Notes under the pieces: model-generated
What the model was told of the DNA's origin: nothing
The model's database searches: none
Seen by the model: only the letters and a program-made list of their open reading frames with translations
Source of the DNA: an uncultured Acidobacteriota bacterium
GTDB taxonomy: Bacteria; Acidobacteriota; UBA6911; RPQK01
Direction of reading: 5' to 3'
DNA length: 64,000 nt
Assembly (NCBI GenBank): GCA_963744645.1
Contig: CAVUUN010000024.1
Span: 36,325 to 100,324 of the forward strand
Program-made: the position numbers and the translations under genes
Shown here: positions 12,841-25,824 of the stretch, one piece after another
How positions within the stretch are numbered: position 1 is the stretch's first letter
How the letters are laid out: each line of letters opens with the position of its first letter

Positions 12841-12850
12841 ATTGTATACT
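12841..12850. promoter_or_regulatory. Overlapping divergent -10 boxes: TATACT (+) for gltX and TACAAT (-) for the DUF92 gene
   Basis: ATTGTATACT lies in a 33-bp gap between divergent start codons. Confidence 0.55.
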
Positions 12851-12856
12851 GAGGCA

Positions 12857-14349
12857 ATGTCGGTACGAGTAAGATTCGCGCCCAGTCCCACCGGGCATCT
12901 CCATGTGGGGAATGTTCGCACCGCCCTGTACAACTGGCTTTTTGCCCGCCAGAAGGGAGGGAGCTTCATCCTCAGGATCGAGGACACGGATGCCGAGCGA
13001 TCCGAAAAGCGGTTTGAAGAGCAACTGATGGATGACCTCCGCTGGCTCGGTCTGGATTGGGACGAGGGGGTCGAAGTGGGCGGGGAGTACGGTCCGTACC
13101 GGCAAACCGAGCGTTTTGCCCTGTATCAGCAGTACGCCGAGCGTCTGCTCGAGGAGGGCAAGGCCTACTACTGCTTCTGCACGGTCGAGGAACTTGAACG
13201 CGAGCGGGAGCGACAGCTCAGTCTCGAGCAGCAGCCCCACTACTCCGGAAAGTGCCGGGCGATCCCGCCTGCCGAGGCCAAACGCCGCGTCCAGGCCGGC
13301 GAAGAGGCGACGCTCCGATTGCTGGTGAGGGAGGGCGCCGTTGGTTTTGACGACCTTGTCTTCGGGCGCGTGGAAGTCGATTGCTGCGGTGATCGGCGAC
13401 TTCATCCTGCTGCGTTCTGATCGTTCTGCACAGTACAATTTCGCGTGCGTGATCGATGATGCAGGAATGCAGATCACCCATGTGATCCGCGGAGAAGGGC
13501 ACATTTCGAACACGCACCGGCAGATCCTGCTTTACGAGGCCCTCGGCTTCCCGCTGCCCGTCTTCGCTCATCTCTCCACGATTCTCGGCAAGGACGGATC
13601 GAAACTGAGCAAGCGCCACGGGGCAACTTCCATCGACGAATTCCGGCGCCAGGGATACCTGCCCAGCGCCCTGGTCAACTACCTTGCTTTGCTCGGCTGG
13701 GCCCCCAGGATGGGGCAGAGATCCTCTCGGTGCCCGAGCTCGTGCGCGCTTTCGACCTCGGCCGCGTGAACCGGAGCCCGGCGACTTTCGATATTGAGAA
13801 GCTGAACTGGGTCAACCGCAATCATCTGAAACTGGTCCCGCCCGATGGAGCTCACCGGCCTGGCCGTTCCGTTTCTTCAGCAGTCCGGGCTTTTGCCGTC
13901 CGATCCGAATCCAGGTGTGTTGCTCTGGGCGGGCGAAGTGGCGGCTTTCGTTCTCCATCACCTGGAAAAGTTGGACGACCTGCCGCGTGAAGCGGCCCTC
14001 GTCTTCTCGTTCTCTCCCGAGGAGGACCTGCAACGGCCCGAGGTCCAGGAGGCACTGGCAGAGCCCGGGGCGCGGGAGGTGATCGCGAGCTTCGCCCGGC
14101 ACCTGGCTGCGGTCGAGTGATTTGGACGCCGACAGGTACAAGCAGATCGTCATGAGTGTCAAGCAGGAGACCGGGCAGAAGGGGAAGAACCTCTTCCACC
14201 CGATTCGTGTAGGCATTACGGGGAGGGCTTCTGGTCCGGAGCTGGACAGATTGATTCCGATTCTCGAAAAAGGCAGCAAGCTCTCGTTGCCCGTTCGGGT
14301 TGTGGGTGTAAAAGAGAGAGTGAACAGGGTTGCGGGGTTGCTGTCATGA
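12857..14349 (+). CDS. gltX: Glutamate--tRNA ligase; three frameshifts
   Basis: [39 protein letters not shown]. Confidence 0.95.
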
Positions 14350-15068
14350 TCATTTTCGGTGTCAATGCGGTTACCGAGGCGGTTCAATCCAAGAGCCCGA
14401 ACGTGCAGCGCATCCTGATCACGCGGGGAAAGAGCAACGCGCGTCTGCAGCTGATCATAGACCTCGCCCGGGAACGCAACATCCCGGTGTTGTTCGAGCC
14501 CCTGGCAGCGATGGACAACAAGGCGCAGAAGGCCCGTCATCAGGACGTCGTGGCCGAGACGACCGAAGTCAGGCTCTATTCACTGGAAGAAATCCTCGAG
14601 TCAAAGCCGGACCTGGTGGTGGTTGTGGATGGCGTCGAGGATCCGAGGAACCTGGGTGCTGTTCTTCGAACTGCCGAGGCGGCTGGAGTTCAGGCGATAC
14701 TGGTGCCCCAGCGGCACAGTTGCGGAATCACCCCAACCGTCGTCCAGGCAAGCGCCGGCGCGGCCCTGCACCTGAAGCTCGCCCGGATCGGCAATGTGGT
14801 CCAGGCGCTGGAAAAACTGAAAGAGGCGGGTTTGTGGGTGGTTGGGCTCGATATGGAGGGGCGGAACAAACTCGAGGAGATCCGGCCGGATACCCGGCTG
14901 GTCGTCGTCGTGGGCGGCGAGCACCGTGGGGTCAGAAGGCTGGTTCGGGAACACTGTGATTTCCTTCTCGCTCTGCCGATGCGCGGGAAGGTCTCCTCGC
15001 TGAATCTGTCCGTGGCGGCGGGGATTTTGCTTTACCAACTGACCGGGCGCACGAGCCCGAAGAAATAG
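14346..15068 (+). CDS. rlmB: 23S rRNA (Gm2251) 2'-O-methyltransferase
   Basis: DGVEDPRNLGAVLRTAEAAG, SSLNLSVAAGILLY (SPOUT motifs). Confidence 0.9.
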   Translation: MIIFGVNAVTEAVQSKSPNVQRILITRGKSNARLQLIIDLARERNIPVLFEPLAAMDNKAQKARHQDVVAETTEVRLYSLEEILESKPDLVVVVDGVEDPRNLGAVLRTAEAAGVQAILVPQRHSCGITPTVVQASAGAALHLKLARIGNVVQALEKLKEAGLWVVGLDMEGRNKLEEIRPDTRLVVVVGGEHRGVRRLVREHCDFLLALPMRGKVSSLNLSVAAGILLYQLTGRTSPKK

Positions 15069-15168
15069 TAGGACGATAGGACCAATAGGACCAATAGGAC
15101 ACATAGGAACAAGGCTGAACCGCAATCCTATATGTCCTATATGTTCTATTGGTCCTATTTCCCTATAG
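15068..15168. repeat. Inverted nonamer array (AGGACMMAT)n ... (ATKKGTCCT)n
   Basis: taggaccaa/taggacaca copies followed by their reverse complements. Confidence 0.85.
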
Positions 15169-15180
15169 AACGAGGGACTC

Positions 15181-17458
15181 ATGGAAAGACGAAAATCGCT
15201 GGTGAGGATCTACTGGATCTCCGGCGTGATCGCCTTTCTCATCTTGATTTATCTTGGCAGCGTAAGCCTGCTCAATCCTTCCTCGGTCGGAAACAGCCTG
15301 TTTGTCTGGAAGTTGAACCTCTGGGCAGTCGTGTGGGCCGTCAACTTCCTGCTGATCTCGGTTCTCCTTTTCATACTCGCCCGTGACGTCATCAAGCTGT
15401 TTTTCGAGTATCAGGGGAACCGGCCGGGCAGCCGCATCAAGAGCAAGCTGGTCCTTACACTGATCATCTTTTCGTTTTTCCCGGCCCTGATCATGCTTTT
15501 CCTGAACCTCGGCCTGATGAACCGGAACCTTAAGCAGTGGTTTAGTTCTCCAGCCGAGCAATTGCTCGACTCCTCCCGGGTGATATCCGAGCAATTCTAT
15601 GCGCAGAGGCGCAACTGGAGCCTCTCGACCGCCCGCTCGCTTGCCGCTGGAATCTCTGCCGGTGCCGATCCGGCGGGGCTGTTCTCACGACCCGGCTACA
15701 AGGAATTTGAAGGGCTGGCTCGTGTACGACTCCCGAGGCAACCGGCGGCAGTCGGCCGGCGAATGGGGCGATCGAGCTCCCTCGTCCGAAGTGGTCAGGG
15801 AGGTACTGGCCGGATCGGAATTCTACCGGGTGTGGACCAACCAGCAGCCGGATCGAATCGTTCCAGGCGCCACCCGGTTGGACCGGGGACTGGTCGGGGT
15901 GCCGATCCTGGCCGGGACCCGGGTGTCGGGCGCCGTCTTTGCACGATTCGAGCTGCCGGAGAGCGTGCTGTTCCACACGATGCGCGTCGAAGATGCGGTA
16001 GCCAAGTACAGGGACACCAAATCCAGGGTTCAGGATTTCGAAACAAACTACTTCGCGACCCTCGCCTTCACCACCCTGGCCATCGTGTTCGGTTTCGTGT
16101 GGCTCGGCAACTACATCGCAAAGCGGATTACTGTCCCCCTGGAGGCCGTTGCCGAGGCATCCCGCCGTCTGGCCGGAGGGGACTTCGACCACCGGGTGGA
16201 GGTAAAAGGGGTCGACGAGCTGGGAATCCTGATCGACTCGTTCAACCGGATGGCCGAGCACCTGAGGCACAGCCGACAGGCACTGGAAAGGGTCAACGAC
16301 GAGCTGAGAACGGCCAACGTCCGCCTGGAGGAGCGTCGCGCCTATATCGAGACCGTCCTGCAGAACATCGCGACCGGCGTCGTGACGGTCGATGAATCGG
16401 ACGTGATTCGGACGGTGAACGAGGCGGCCGCGAAAATCCTCCGCACTCGACGAGAGGAATTGCTCAACCAGCCCCTGACCAAGGCTGCGGATCCCGAGTT
16501 CTACGTCCGTTTCCAGAAGATGAAAGCGAGAGCCCGGCTCTATGGCAGCTACCGGAGTGAGCTGACCTTCGGACAGAATGAACGCCAGCTCCACATCGCC
16601 GCCACCGTCACCCGCAATTCACTCCCCGGCCCGGCGGGTGAGGAGTACCTGGTCGTTCTGGACGATTTAACCGAATTCATCGATGCCGAGAAGTTCGCCG
16701 CCTGGCAGGAGGTCGCCCGCCGCCTGGCTCACGAGATCAAGAATCCCTTGACGCCGATCCAGCTTTCGGCCGAACGGTTGAAAAAGAGGTTCGAGCGGAT
16801 ACCGCCCCAGCTCGTGGCCATGGGGGAGCTCAAGGATTTCTCCTCAGTGCTCGATGATGCGGTCAGGATTATCGTGGCGGAATCGGAGATGCTGAAGTCC
16901 CTCGTGCAGGAATTCTCCAAGTTTGCGCGTCTTCCGATCTGTAAGCCGGCCGAGGTCGACCTGCACGAGCTGATCGATCGTACCCTGTCGCTTTATGAAG
17001 GGGCTCTCGGAGCTGTTACGCTTTGCCGAGACTTTGATCCGCAGATCAAGACCATGCGGCTGGATCCGGAGCAGATACAAAGGGTGTTCGTCAATCTCGC
17101 CGATAATGCTCTCGACGCGCTGGGTGAGTGCGACAGCCCCCGAATCCTGACGATTTCCACGCGCCTCAACCCGTCTCGCAATGTGGTGCGGATCGAGGTG
17201 CAGGATAATGGGACCGGGATTGCCCCAGCTGACTACGAGCAGCTGTTCCTGCCCTACTTCTCGACGAAGAAAAAGGGGACGGGGCTCGGGCTGGCCATCG
17301 TCCGGCAAATCATCACCGAGCACAATGGTGCCATCCGGGCGGAACCGAACAGTCCCCGGGGGACTAAGATTGTCATCGAGCTTCCGGTGACCAACCAGGC
17401 TGCGGAGAAAGAAACCGAAGGTTATGGCCGGTCAGAAACTGCTGATCGTAGACGATGA
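15181..17458 (+). CDS. ntrY: NtrY-like HAMP/PAS sensor histidine kinase; frameshifted
   Basis: AAWQEVARRLAHEIKNPLTPIQLSAERL; N-terminal TM region in 15181..16395. Confidence 0.85.
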
Positions 17459-18774
17459 GGAGAATGTAAGGCGGTCCCTGCAGGCCGTGCTCGAGGACGA
17501 GGGCTACGGTGTGGATACCGCTCCGTCGGGGCACGATTGCCTGAAGCTGCTTGACCGGAGAAGTTACGACCTGATTTTTCTCGACGTCTGGTTGCCTGGT
17601 CGGGACGGGCTCGATGTTCTCAAAGAGCTGCGGGCGCGCCGGCCGACGCAGTACGTCATCATGATCTCCGGTCACGGGACGATCGAGACCGCCGTTCAGG
17701 CGACCAAGCTCGGCGCCTTCGATTTCATTGAAAAGCCCCTCTCGCTCGAGAAGATCCTCCTGGTTCTCGATCATGCCCTCCGACAGAAGACGCTCGAGGA
17801 CGAGAACCGTAACCTGAAAGACATGGTCCGCCAGGAGACCGTCATGATCGGTGATTCCGTGCCGATGACGGCGTTACGCCAGCAGATCGAATTTGCAGCG
17901 CCCACCGAGGGCCGAATCCTGATCTACGGCGAAAACGGGACTGGGAAGGAATTGGTCGCGCGGCTCATCCATCTGAACAGCAGGCGCCGCGATCAGCACT
18001 TCGTGGAGGTCAATTGCGCCGCCATCCCGGAGGACCTCATTGAGAGCGAGCTGTTCGGCAGCGTCAAAGGCGCATACACGGGCGCAACCGAGACCCGGAA
18101 AGGGAAATTCGAGCTGGCGGACGGAGGAACGCTCTTTCTGGACGAAGTCGGGGATATGAGCCTGAAGACCCAGGCGAAAGTGCTGCGAGTGCTCGAAGAG
18201 CAGCGCTTCGAGAAGGTCGGTAGCGGCCAGGCCGTCGACGTCGATGTCCGGGTGATCGCGGCCACGAACAAGAACCTCGAGGAGGAGATTGAAAAGGGAA
18301 CGTTTCGCCAGGATCTGTTCTTTCGACTCAACGTCATCCCCTTCGAAGTCCCGCCTCTGCGTGACCGCAGAGAGGATATTCCGGCCCTGATCGAACACTT
18401 TGCGGAACACTTCTGCAAACGGTACGGGAAACGGCACAAGGCACTCTCGGAAGAGGCGACGGGAGAGAATGCTCGAGTACCGCTGGCCGGGAAATGTCCG
18501 CGAGCTGAAGAATACTGTTGAAAGGCTCGTCATCATGGTCCCCGGGGGCGTGGTAAAGGTCACGGATTTGCCCGCCGCGATTCAGCGCTTTCAGCTGCGG
18601 GAGGTGCGCCCGGCGGCGAAAACGCTTCAGGAAGCCCGGCAGGAGTTTGAAAGAAGGTTCATCCTGGAAAAGCTCCGGGAATTCGACGGAAATGTTTCCA
18701 GGACCGCGACTGCGATCGGAATGGAGCGGACACACCTCCATCGCAAGCTCAAGGCATACAAGACCGAGACCTGA
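17424..18774 (+). CDS. ntrX: NtrX-like sigma-54 response regulator; frameshifted
   Basis: DVWLP, ISGHG, GENGTGKE, GAYTGA; HTH ERTHLHRKLK in 18400..18774. Confidence 0.85.
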
Positions 18775-18777
18775 GAC

Positions 18778-18811
18778 GAATGCGGAATGCGGAATGGCGA
18801 ATGCGGAATGC
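18778..18811. repeat. Heptamer tandem repeat (GAATGCG)x~5
   Basis: aatgcggaatgcggaatggcgaatgcggaatgc after the ntrX stop. Confidence 0.75.
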
Positions 18812-18854
18812 AGAGAAGTAGTCTGAAAACAGAAGGACCAAGAACGAACAGGAT

Positions 18855-19826
18855 GTGATGCGCAAAGAGATTGAGAGTTTTCTGCAACACCTGCAATTCG
18901 AGAAGAACTACTCGCCGCATACACTCAAAAGCTACGGTCGCGATCTGGCGGAGTTCCTGGCGTATCTGACCGCGAATACGGCGCGGGATGATGTCGCAAT
19001 CGAAGACCTTGATCACATCACAATTCGGGACTTCCTCTCGTACCTGACCCGGAAGGGAAACGCGAAGAGCTCGATCGGGCGGAAACTGGCTTCGATCAGG
19101 TCCTTCTTCCGGTTCCTGTATCGGGAAGCGCGCGTTTCCGTCAATCCTGCCCGTCTGGTCAGCACGCCGAAGCAGGGGCAGTACCTGCCTCCCTCGTTGT
19201 CTGTCGAGCAGGTCGACGATCTGCTCGCTGTTCCGGAAGCCTCTTCGGACCGCGGGCTTCGAGACCGGGCGATCTACGAGCTCCTCTATGCCAGCGGCCT
19301 TCGGGTCAGCGAACTCGTGCAGTTGAACGTACAGGATCTGTCACTGTCCGAGCGACTGGTGAAGGTGAGAGGGAAGGGCAAGAAGGAGCGGCTCGTCCCT
19401 TTCGGCGATCAGGCTCGGGCCGCCCTGACCGCGTACCTGGCCGTCAGGGGGAAGCTGTTGCGCCGTCAGCGCACGAGCGCCGAGCCTGCCGCGTTGTTTC
19501 TCAACTTGCGTGGCAGCCGGTTAACAGCCCGCTCGGTGGAACGCAACCTGCAACAGTATGTCCAGAGCGCAAACCTCCCGCTGGAGGCCCATCCTCACCT
19601 GCTTCGCCATTCTTTCGCGACCCATTTGCTTTCCGCCGGAGCCGATCTTCGATCGATCCAGGAGTTGCTCGGGCACGCGAATCTCTCTACGACTCAGAAG
19701 TACACTCATGTGTCGGTCGAGGAGTTGATGAAGGTCTACAAGAAGGCGCATCCACGGGCCAAGGAGGAGGAAAGACGGGGAGACAAGGAGACCGGGAAAC
19801 AAGGAGACAGGGAGCCGCACACTTAG
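18855..19826 (+). CDS. xerC: Tyrosine recombinase XerC
   Basis: [43 protein letters not shown]-terminal HPRA. Confidence 0.85.
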   Translation: MMRKEIESFLQHLQFEKNYSPHTLKSYGRDLAEFLAYLTANTARDDVAIEDLDHITIRDFLSYLTRKGNAKSSIGRKLASIRSFFRFLYREARVSVNPARLVSTPKQGQYLPPSLSVEQVDDLLAVPEASSDRGLRDRAIYELLYASGLRVSELVQLNVQDLSLSERLVKVRGKGKKERLVPFGDQARAALTAYLAVRGKLLRRQRTSAEPAALFLNLRGSRLTARSVERNLQQYVQSANLPLEAHPHLLRHSFATHLLSAGADLRSIQELLGHANLSTTQKYTHVSVEELMKVYKKAHPRAKEEERRGDKETGKQGDREPHT

Positions 19827-20009
19827 GCGGCGCGTAAGCGAAGCGAGACCCGGGTCTTGCAACAATCCGCGCGCTCCGCCAAAGACGCTCCGCTGCGGTT
19901 CTGTTCGCTCGGCAGGTCGATCGGCTTCCGGATCGATCTCGTCGTGTTTCGGCTGGGGCCCAGGGACCGTAACATCCCTGGATGTTGCAGTCTTCCCCCA
20001 AACAGCTTC

Positions 20010-20039
20010 TTGCGTGGTGGCGTTCTTTTCTGGTACAGT
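20010..20039 (+). promoter_or_regulatory. Candidate sigma-70 promoter of rpsO
   Basis: TTGCGT-N18-TACAGT with TGn extension. Confidence 0.5.
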
Positions 20040-20072
20040 AACGTCTTTTGAGACTAGGACAACGGGACGAAT

Positions 20073-20342
20073 ATGGCGTTAACGAAAGAAGCGAAGAGCG
20101 AGATTGTCAGCAAGTACCAGGCGAACGAGGCAGACACGGGTTCTCCCGATGTGCAGGTAGCCCTGCTCACTGACCGGATCACGTACCTGACTCAACATTT
20201 CAAGACCAACGCAAAAGACCATCATTCTCGCCGCGGACTGCTCAAACTGGTCGGCCAGCGTCGTCGGCTTTTGGACCACCTGAAAAAGTCAGATTTCAAT
20301 CGCTACAAGGACCTAATCGATCGTTTGGGTATCCGCAAGTAA
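20073..20342 (+). CDS. rpsO: 30S ribosomal protein S15
   Basis: [33 protein letters not shown]. Confidence 0.98.
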   Translation: MALTKEAKSEIVSKYQANEADTGSPDVQVALLTDRITYLTQHFKTNAKDHHSRRGLLKLVGQRRRLLDHLKKSDFNRYKDLIDRLGIRK

Positions 20343-20523
20343 GAGGCGGACGCTGAGGCACACCCACGACACTCCCGGATTCTTGCTGCCATTGCTCCTT
20401 CGCGGGGCCACGTGGTCGCTCGTCCCAACCCACGCACTTGTGCTAATATTCAGTATCTCCTTATTCGAAAAGGAGTTACTCGCTGTTTTTTGACCACGCT
20501 GCTATCGGAGGAAAGAAGAAGAC

Positions 20524-22626
20524 ATGACGGAGAAAGTAAGTATTTCTCTAGGAGGACGCGAGTTCAGCCTCGAGACTGGGAAGATGGCCAAACAGGCCGA
20601 AGGTGCGGTTGTTGTTCGGTACGGGGATTCGGTAGTTCTGGTTACCGCTTGTGCGGCCGCTAAGCCGAGAGAAGGGGCCGACTTCCTCCCCTTGACCTGC
20701 GATTACCGCGAGTATACCTACGCCGCCGGGAAAATCCCCGGAGGGTTCTTTAAGCGCGAGGGAAGACCGACCGAGAAAGAGATTTTGAGCAGCCGGTTGA
20801 TCGACCGGCCGCTCAGGCCGCTTTTCCCCGACAATTACCACCACGAAACCCAGGTCATGGCCATGGTTCTCTCCGCAGAGCCGGACATGGCCCAGGACGT
20901 CCTCGGCATCAGTGGGGCGGGAGCCGCGCTGTTCATCTCGCCGATCCCGTACACCCATCCTCTGGCTGCCGTCCGAGTGGGGCTCGTCGATGATCAGTTC
21001 ATCATCAACCCCAAGCTGAGCGAGCTGGAAAAGAGCCAGTTGAACCTGGTCGTCGCCGGTACCGAAGAAGCCATTACGATGGTCGAGGCCGGAGCCCGTG
21101 AGATCTCGGAGGAGAAGGTCGTCGAAGCACTCCTGTTCGCACACGAGGCGATCAAGCAGATCATTTGCGCGATCAAGGAACTGGCCTCTCGCCTCAAGGT
21201 TGAGAAGCGAACTGTGGAGCCGGCTGCCACCGATCCTGAAGTTGATCGGGTGGTCGAGGACAAGGCGGTTGAGCCGATTCTTGCTGCGATGAATACTTCG
21301 GGGAAGCTGCTCAGCGAACACCAGATGTCGGCGGTCAAAGACCAGATCCTCGCCCTCTTCCCGGAAGAGGATGAGCAGAAGCGAGCGCTCGCAAGCAAGG
21401 CTTTCGAGCGGGTCAAGGAGAGTGTTTTCCGACGACAGGTTCTCAAGGACAAGCGTCGCCCCGACGGTCGTGCGTTCAACCAGATCCGCCCGATCAGTTC
21501 GGAAATCGCGCTGCTGCCGCGAACCCACGGATCAGCCTTGTTCACCCGCGGTGAGACACAAGCGCTCGTCACGGTAACCCTCGGAACTTCCGAAGATGTC
21601 CAACGCCTGGACGACCTCGCCGGTGAATCTTCCAAGAGGTTCATGCTCCACTACAACTTCCCACCCTTCAGTGTTGGGGAAACTGGTTTCCTGCGAGGAC
21701 CGGGTCGCCGTGAAATCGGGCACGGAGCCCTGGCAGAGCGGGCAATCACCACAGTGCTGCCTGGCGAAGCCGATTTCCCGTACACGATTCGCATCGTATC
21801 GGACATCCTTGAATCGAACGGGTCTTCGTCCATGGCGACAGTTTGTGGCGGCATCCTCGCCCTGCAGGATGCCGGAGTGCCAATCAAAACGCCGATCGCC
21901 GGAATCGCAATGGGCTTGGTCAAGGATGCAGACGACTACGCCGTTTTGTCGGACATCGCCGGCTTCGAGGACCATTACGGCGACATGGATTTCAAGGTTG
22001 CGGGCAGTGAAAAGGGCATCACCGCTCTCCAGATGGACATCAAGATAACAGGCCTCGACCGCGAAATCATGGCGCGTGCCCTCGAACAGGCGCGCGAAGG
22101 ACGCCTGTTCATCCTCGGGAAAATGGCCGAGACGATCAACGAGCCAAGAGCAACGCTGTCCGCTTTCGCCCCCCGCATCATCACCATGAAGATTCCGACC
22201 GACAAGATCGGTGGAGTCATCGGCCCCGGCGGCAAGATGATACGAAGCATCATCGAACAGACGGGCGTCAAGATCGATATCGAGGACGACGGCACGGTCA
22301 AGATTTTCTCAGTCGAAGAAGAGTCCGCCCGTAGAGCGACTCAGATCATCGGAGACCTCGTGGCCGTGGCCGAGGTGGGCAAAACCTATCTTGGCAAGGT
22401 CACCCGGGTCATGGATTTCGGAGCGTTTGTCGAGATCTTCTCGGGCACTGAGGGGCTGCTGCACATCTCGGAGATCGCCGAGAGGCGGATCCGGGATATC
22501 CGCGAGGAAGTGCACAACGGCGACAAGATCCTGGTCAAGGTTCTCAACGTCGATGATCAGGGCAAAATCCGTTTGAGCAGGAAAGCGGTGCTTCGCGACC
22601 AGAAGGAGAAGACCGGTAACCAATGA
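20524..22626 (+). CDS. pnp: Polyribonucleotide nucleotidyltransferase
   Basis: [31 protein letters not shown] and S1 domains. Confidence 0.98.
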   Translation: MTEKVSISLGGREFSLETGKMAKQAEGAVVVRYGDSVVLVTACAAAKPREGADFLPLTCDYREYTYAAGKIPGGFFKREGRPTEKEILSSRLIDRPLRPLFPDNYHHETQVMAMVLSAEPDMAQDVLGISGAGAALFISPIPYTHPLAAVRVGLVDDQFIINPKLSELEKSQLNLVVAGTEEAITMVEAGAREISEEKVVEALLFAHEAIKQIICAIKELASRLKVEKRTVEPAATDPEVDRVVEDKAVEPILAAMNTSGKLLSEHQMSAVKDQILALFPEEDEQKRALASKAFERVKESVFRRQVLKDKRRPDGRAFNQIRPISSEIALLPRTHGSALFTRGETQALVTVTLGTSEDVQRLDDLAGESSKRFMLHYNFPPFSVGETGFLRGPGRREIGHGALAERAITTVLPGEADFPYTIRIVSDILESNGSSSMATVCGGILALQDAGVPIKTPIAGIAMGLVKDADDYAVLSDIAGFEDHYGDMDFKVAGSEKGITALQMDIKITGLDREIMARALEQAREGRLFILGKMAETINEPRATLSAFAPRIITMKIPTDKIGGVIGPGGKMIRSIIEQTGVKIDIEDDGTVKIFSVEEESARRATQIIGDLVAVAEVGKTYLGKVTRVMDFGAFVEIFSGTEGLLHISEIAERRIRDIREEVHNGDKILVKVLNVDDQGKIRLSRKAVLRDQKEKTGNQ

Positions 22627-23372
22627 CGCCGGAGCGGTTGCGGGCAATTCTAGCCGAGTTCAAGGAGGGGAAGATCGACGATAGCCAGGTTCTTGGCATT
22701 CTCAGGGATCTTCCCTACCAGAATCTCGATTACGCGAAGGTCGACCATCACCGTAGCCTCCGTCATGGCTTCCCTGAAGTGATATTCGGGAAGAACAAGA
22801 CCGCGGAACAAACGCTCGGGATAGCAGAGGCGCTGCTGGCCAAGCATCCGAATCTGCTGATTACCCGGACCAGCGAGGAGGTCTTTCGGCAGCTCCAGTC
22901 GAAGTTCCCGGAAGCACAATTTTCCAAGAACTGCGGCGCGCTCTCGGTCATCCGGGACGCTGACGATCGCGGCCGCGGCAGGATCGGCATCTTCTCAGCC
23001 GGCACCGCGGACATTCCCGTCGCCGAAGAGGCCGAAGTAACGGCCCGCTGCATGGGCAACCGAACGTTCTGCTGTTACGACGTCGGTGTCGCCGGCCTTC
23101 ACCGCATACTCAGCCAGCTCGATGAGCTTCGGTCATGCACCGTCGTCATCGTGGTGGCCGGTATGGAAGGTGCTCTGCCGAGTGTTGTCGGCGGTCTGGT
23201 GGATTTGCCGGTCATTGCTGTTCCGACGAGCGTCGGCTACGGTGCTTCCTTCAACGGCATCGCCGCGCTGCTCGGAATGCTCAACAGCTGTTCGGCCAAT
23301 GTCTCGGTTGTCAACATCGACAACGGATTCGGGGCGGGCTACAGCGCCAGTCTCATCAACCGAAAGACCTAG
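22623..23372 (+). CDS. larB: Nickel-pincer cofactor biosynthesis protein LarB (PurE-like)
   Basis: [39 protein letters not shown]. Confidence 0.9.
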   Translation: MTPERLRAILAEFKEGKIDDSQVLGILRDLPYQNLDYAKVDHHRSLRHGFPEVIFGKNKTAEQTLGIAEALLAKHPNLLITRTSEEVFRQLQSKFPEAQFSKNCGALSVIRDADDRGRGRIGIFSAGTADIPVAEEAEVTARCMGNRTFCCYDVGVAGLHRILSQLDELRSCTVVIVVAGMEGALPSVVGGLVDLPVIAVPTSVGYGASFNGIAALLGMLNSCSANVSVVNIDNGFGAGYSASLINRKT

Positions 23373-23432
23373 ACAGGATTAACAGGATTAACAGGATCGG
23401 GTGAAATCCTGTTAATCCTGTTAATCCTGTCC
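23371..23432. repeat. Inverted nonamer array (ACAGGATTA)x3 ... (AATCCTGTT)x3
   Basis: Fills the larB-mutS2 gap as one hairpin. Confidence 0.9.
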
Positions 23433-23439
23433 ATTCTCC

Positions 23440-25788
23440 ATGGACACCGAAACTCTCTCACTCCTGGATTTCCCCCGGTTACTGGAAACGATCCAGGGGT
23501 TTGCTCACTGTCCTCTGGGCGTCGAGCAGGTGCGGGGAATCGTACCGGGGAAGCCGCTCGAAGAGATCACCGGGCAGCTCGCGCAAATCGAAGAAGCACT
23601 GCGTTACCGCGCGTCCGGAGGTCGTTTTGATCTTAAGCATCTGGAGAACCCCGGAGCGCTTGTCCATGCAGTCGAAGAGGGACAGGCACTCGAGCCCAAG
23701 GAACTCCTTCAGATGCTGGAGGTCCTCAAGATCGCCCGGCTGATGAAGCTGGCGTTCAAGGAGGCCGATTGGCCGGTTCTGTCGCGGATTGTCGAGCCGA
23801 TCCCCGCTCTTGATCCGCTTATTCAGGAGATCGAACGGGTTATCGATCCTTCGGGCGAAATCAAGGACAACGCCGATCCCGAGCTCTCTCAGGCGCGGCA
23901 TCGTCAGGTTCACTACAAGAGCCAGATCCAGGACCATCTGCGAACCTTTTTCGGAGGCCCGCGCGCCAAGTTCCTGATCCAGGAACCTTATGTCACGTCG
24001 CGCAATGGGCGGTACGTGATCCCGGTCAAGCTGGAGCATCAGCGCGATCTTCCGGGGATCGTCTCACGGCAGCAGCTCGTCCGGGTGCGACTCTCTTCAT
24101 AGAGCCTTTCACCGCGGTCGATCTGAACAACCAGGTCCTCTACTACGAGGAACGGGAACGGGAAATCATCAGCCGAATCCTGCGGCGACTGAGCGATCGG
24201 CTTCGCGCCCATATGGAGGTGCTTCGCCAGGTGGCCGCGATCACCGGCCGGATCGACATGCTCTTCGCCTGCGCCGAGTTCGGGGCGCAGAACCAGTGCA
24301 CGATCCCGGAACTGGTTGACATTCCCGACCTTGCCCTCGAGAATGCCCGACATCCGCTTCTGATTCGATCGCTCGGTTTCGACCGGGTAGTGCCGATCTC
24401 CGTAAGGCTGAATGACGACCATCGCGTGCTCGTGATCAGCGGTCCCAACACCGGAGGCAAGACGGTTGCCCTGAAGACGATAGGGCTGCTGGCCGCGATG
24501 GCTGGTGCCGGTCTGCCCGTTCCCGCCACCTTTGCCCGCTTGCCCGTCTTTCGGTCACTACTGGCCGACATTGGCGATCACCAGTCGCTGGCGGAGCAGT
24601 TGAGCACTTTTTCGGCGCACATTCTCCGCGTCAAGCGCATCATGGAGCGGACTTCGGTTCCCGCAATGGTCCTTCTGGACGAGGTCGGGGCGGGAACAGA
24701 CCCGGTTCACGGCGCGGCTCTCGGCGTTTCGCTCATCGACCATTTCCGTCGCCGCGGCGCCCTTGTCGTCGCCACGACTCATCTTCAGGAGATCAAGCAG
24801 TTTGCGTTCGCGACGCCGGGCGTCCAAAACGCGAGCGTCGAGCTCGACCCCAATGACCCTGCGGCCGAACTACGAGTTGAAAATCGGCGTGGCGGGCGGG
24901 AGCAGCGGCCTGGAGATGGCGGCGCAACTCGGCCTCGCCCGGGAGGTAGTCGAGCACGCGCGCACTCTCCTGAGCGAGCAGGATCTGCAGGCGGAGCGCT
25001 ATCTGACCAGCTTGCGGGCCGAAATCCGGGCCTCGCACGAGCAGCGGCAGGTTTTGCGCGATGAAGTGGAACGGCTGAAAGAGGAGGACTTGCGACGGCG
25101 GGCCGAAACGGAACGACGGGAGCAGGAACGCGAGAAGGAATTCGCGCGGGCGGTTGAAAAGTGGTCGGCGGAATTCAATTCCGAGGCGGAGCGGTGGCTC
25201 AAGTCGGTCAAGGATCGGTTCGAGGCGGCCAGGCTTCGGAAACAGCGCAAGCAAAAAGAATCGATTCTGAAAGAGGAATTCCGGCGTAGAATGTTAGCCG
25301 GCGCGGGAGGTGCTTCGGACGGGAAGCAGCAGGAACGGCCGGAGAGCGCATTTCAAGTCGGCAGTCTGGTCTTCCATACCTTCTTCAAAAAGCGGGGGCG
25401 ACTTCTCGCTCTGACTCGGGATGAGGCAACCGTCGAGATCGAGGGAAAACGGGTCTCGGCTCGACCGGATCAACTGGAGAAAGTGGAAGAGGGCGCAGAA
25501 GAGACGAAGGCTCCCGTCAGGGTCCTCCCCCGGAATGTGACCCTCGACGTCGTGGAAGAAGCCGAGCAGGAGATCAATCTGGTTGGCTGCACCGTAGAAG
25601 AAGCCCTGAGCAGGACCGACAAGTTCCTCGATCGGGCGTTCGTCGCCAGTCTCTCGCAGGTCCGCATCATCCATGGTTTTGGGAAGGGGAAACTCAAGCA
25701 GGCGTTGTCAACCTTCCTGGGGGACCACCCCCACGTCCTGAAGCACCAGGTGGAAGGCGGGGCAACGATCGTCTCGATTCGTCCTTGA
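23440..25788 (+). CDS. mutS2: MutS2 endonuclease / ribosome collision factor; frameshifted
   Basis: SGPNTGGKT, DIGDHQS, LLDEVGAGTDP, Smr motif IIHGFGKG. Confidence 0.9.
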
Positions 25789-25824
25789 GTTCAGTTCATT
25801 GTTTTTCCGTCCGCACGGTCGGAT

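Noticed and set aside
18855-19826. Tyrosine recombinase as a phage or island integrase
   Set aside because: XerC-type motifs in a housekeeping context with no att sites or cargo.
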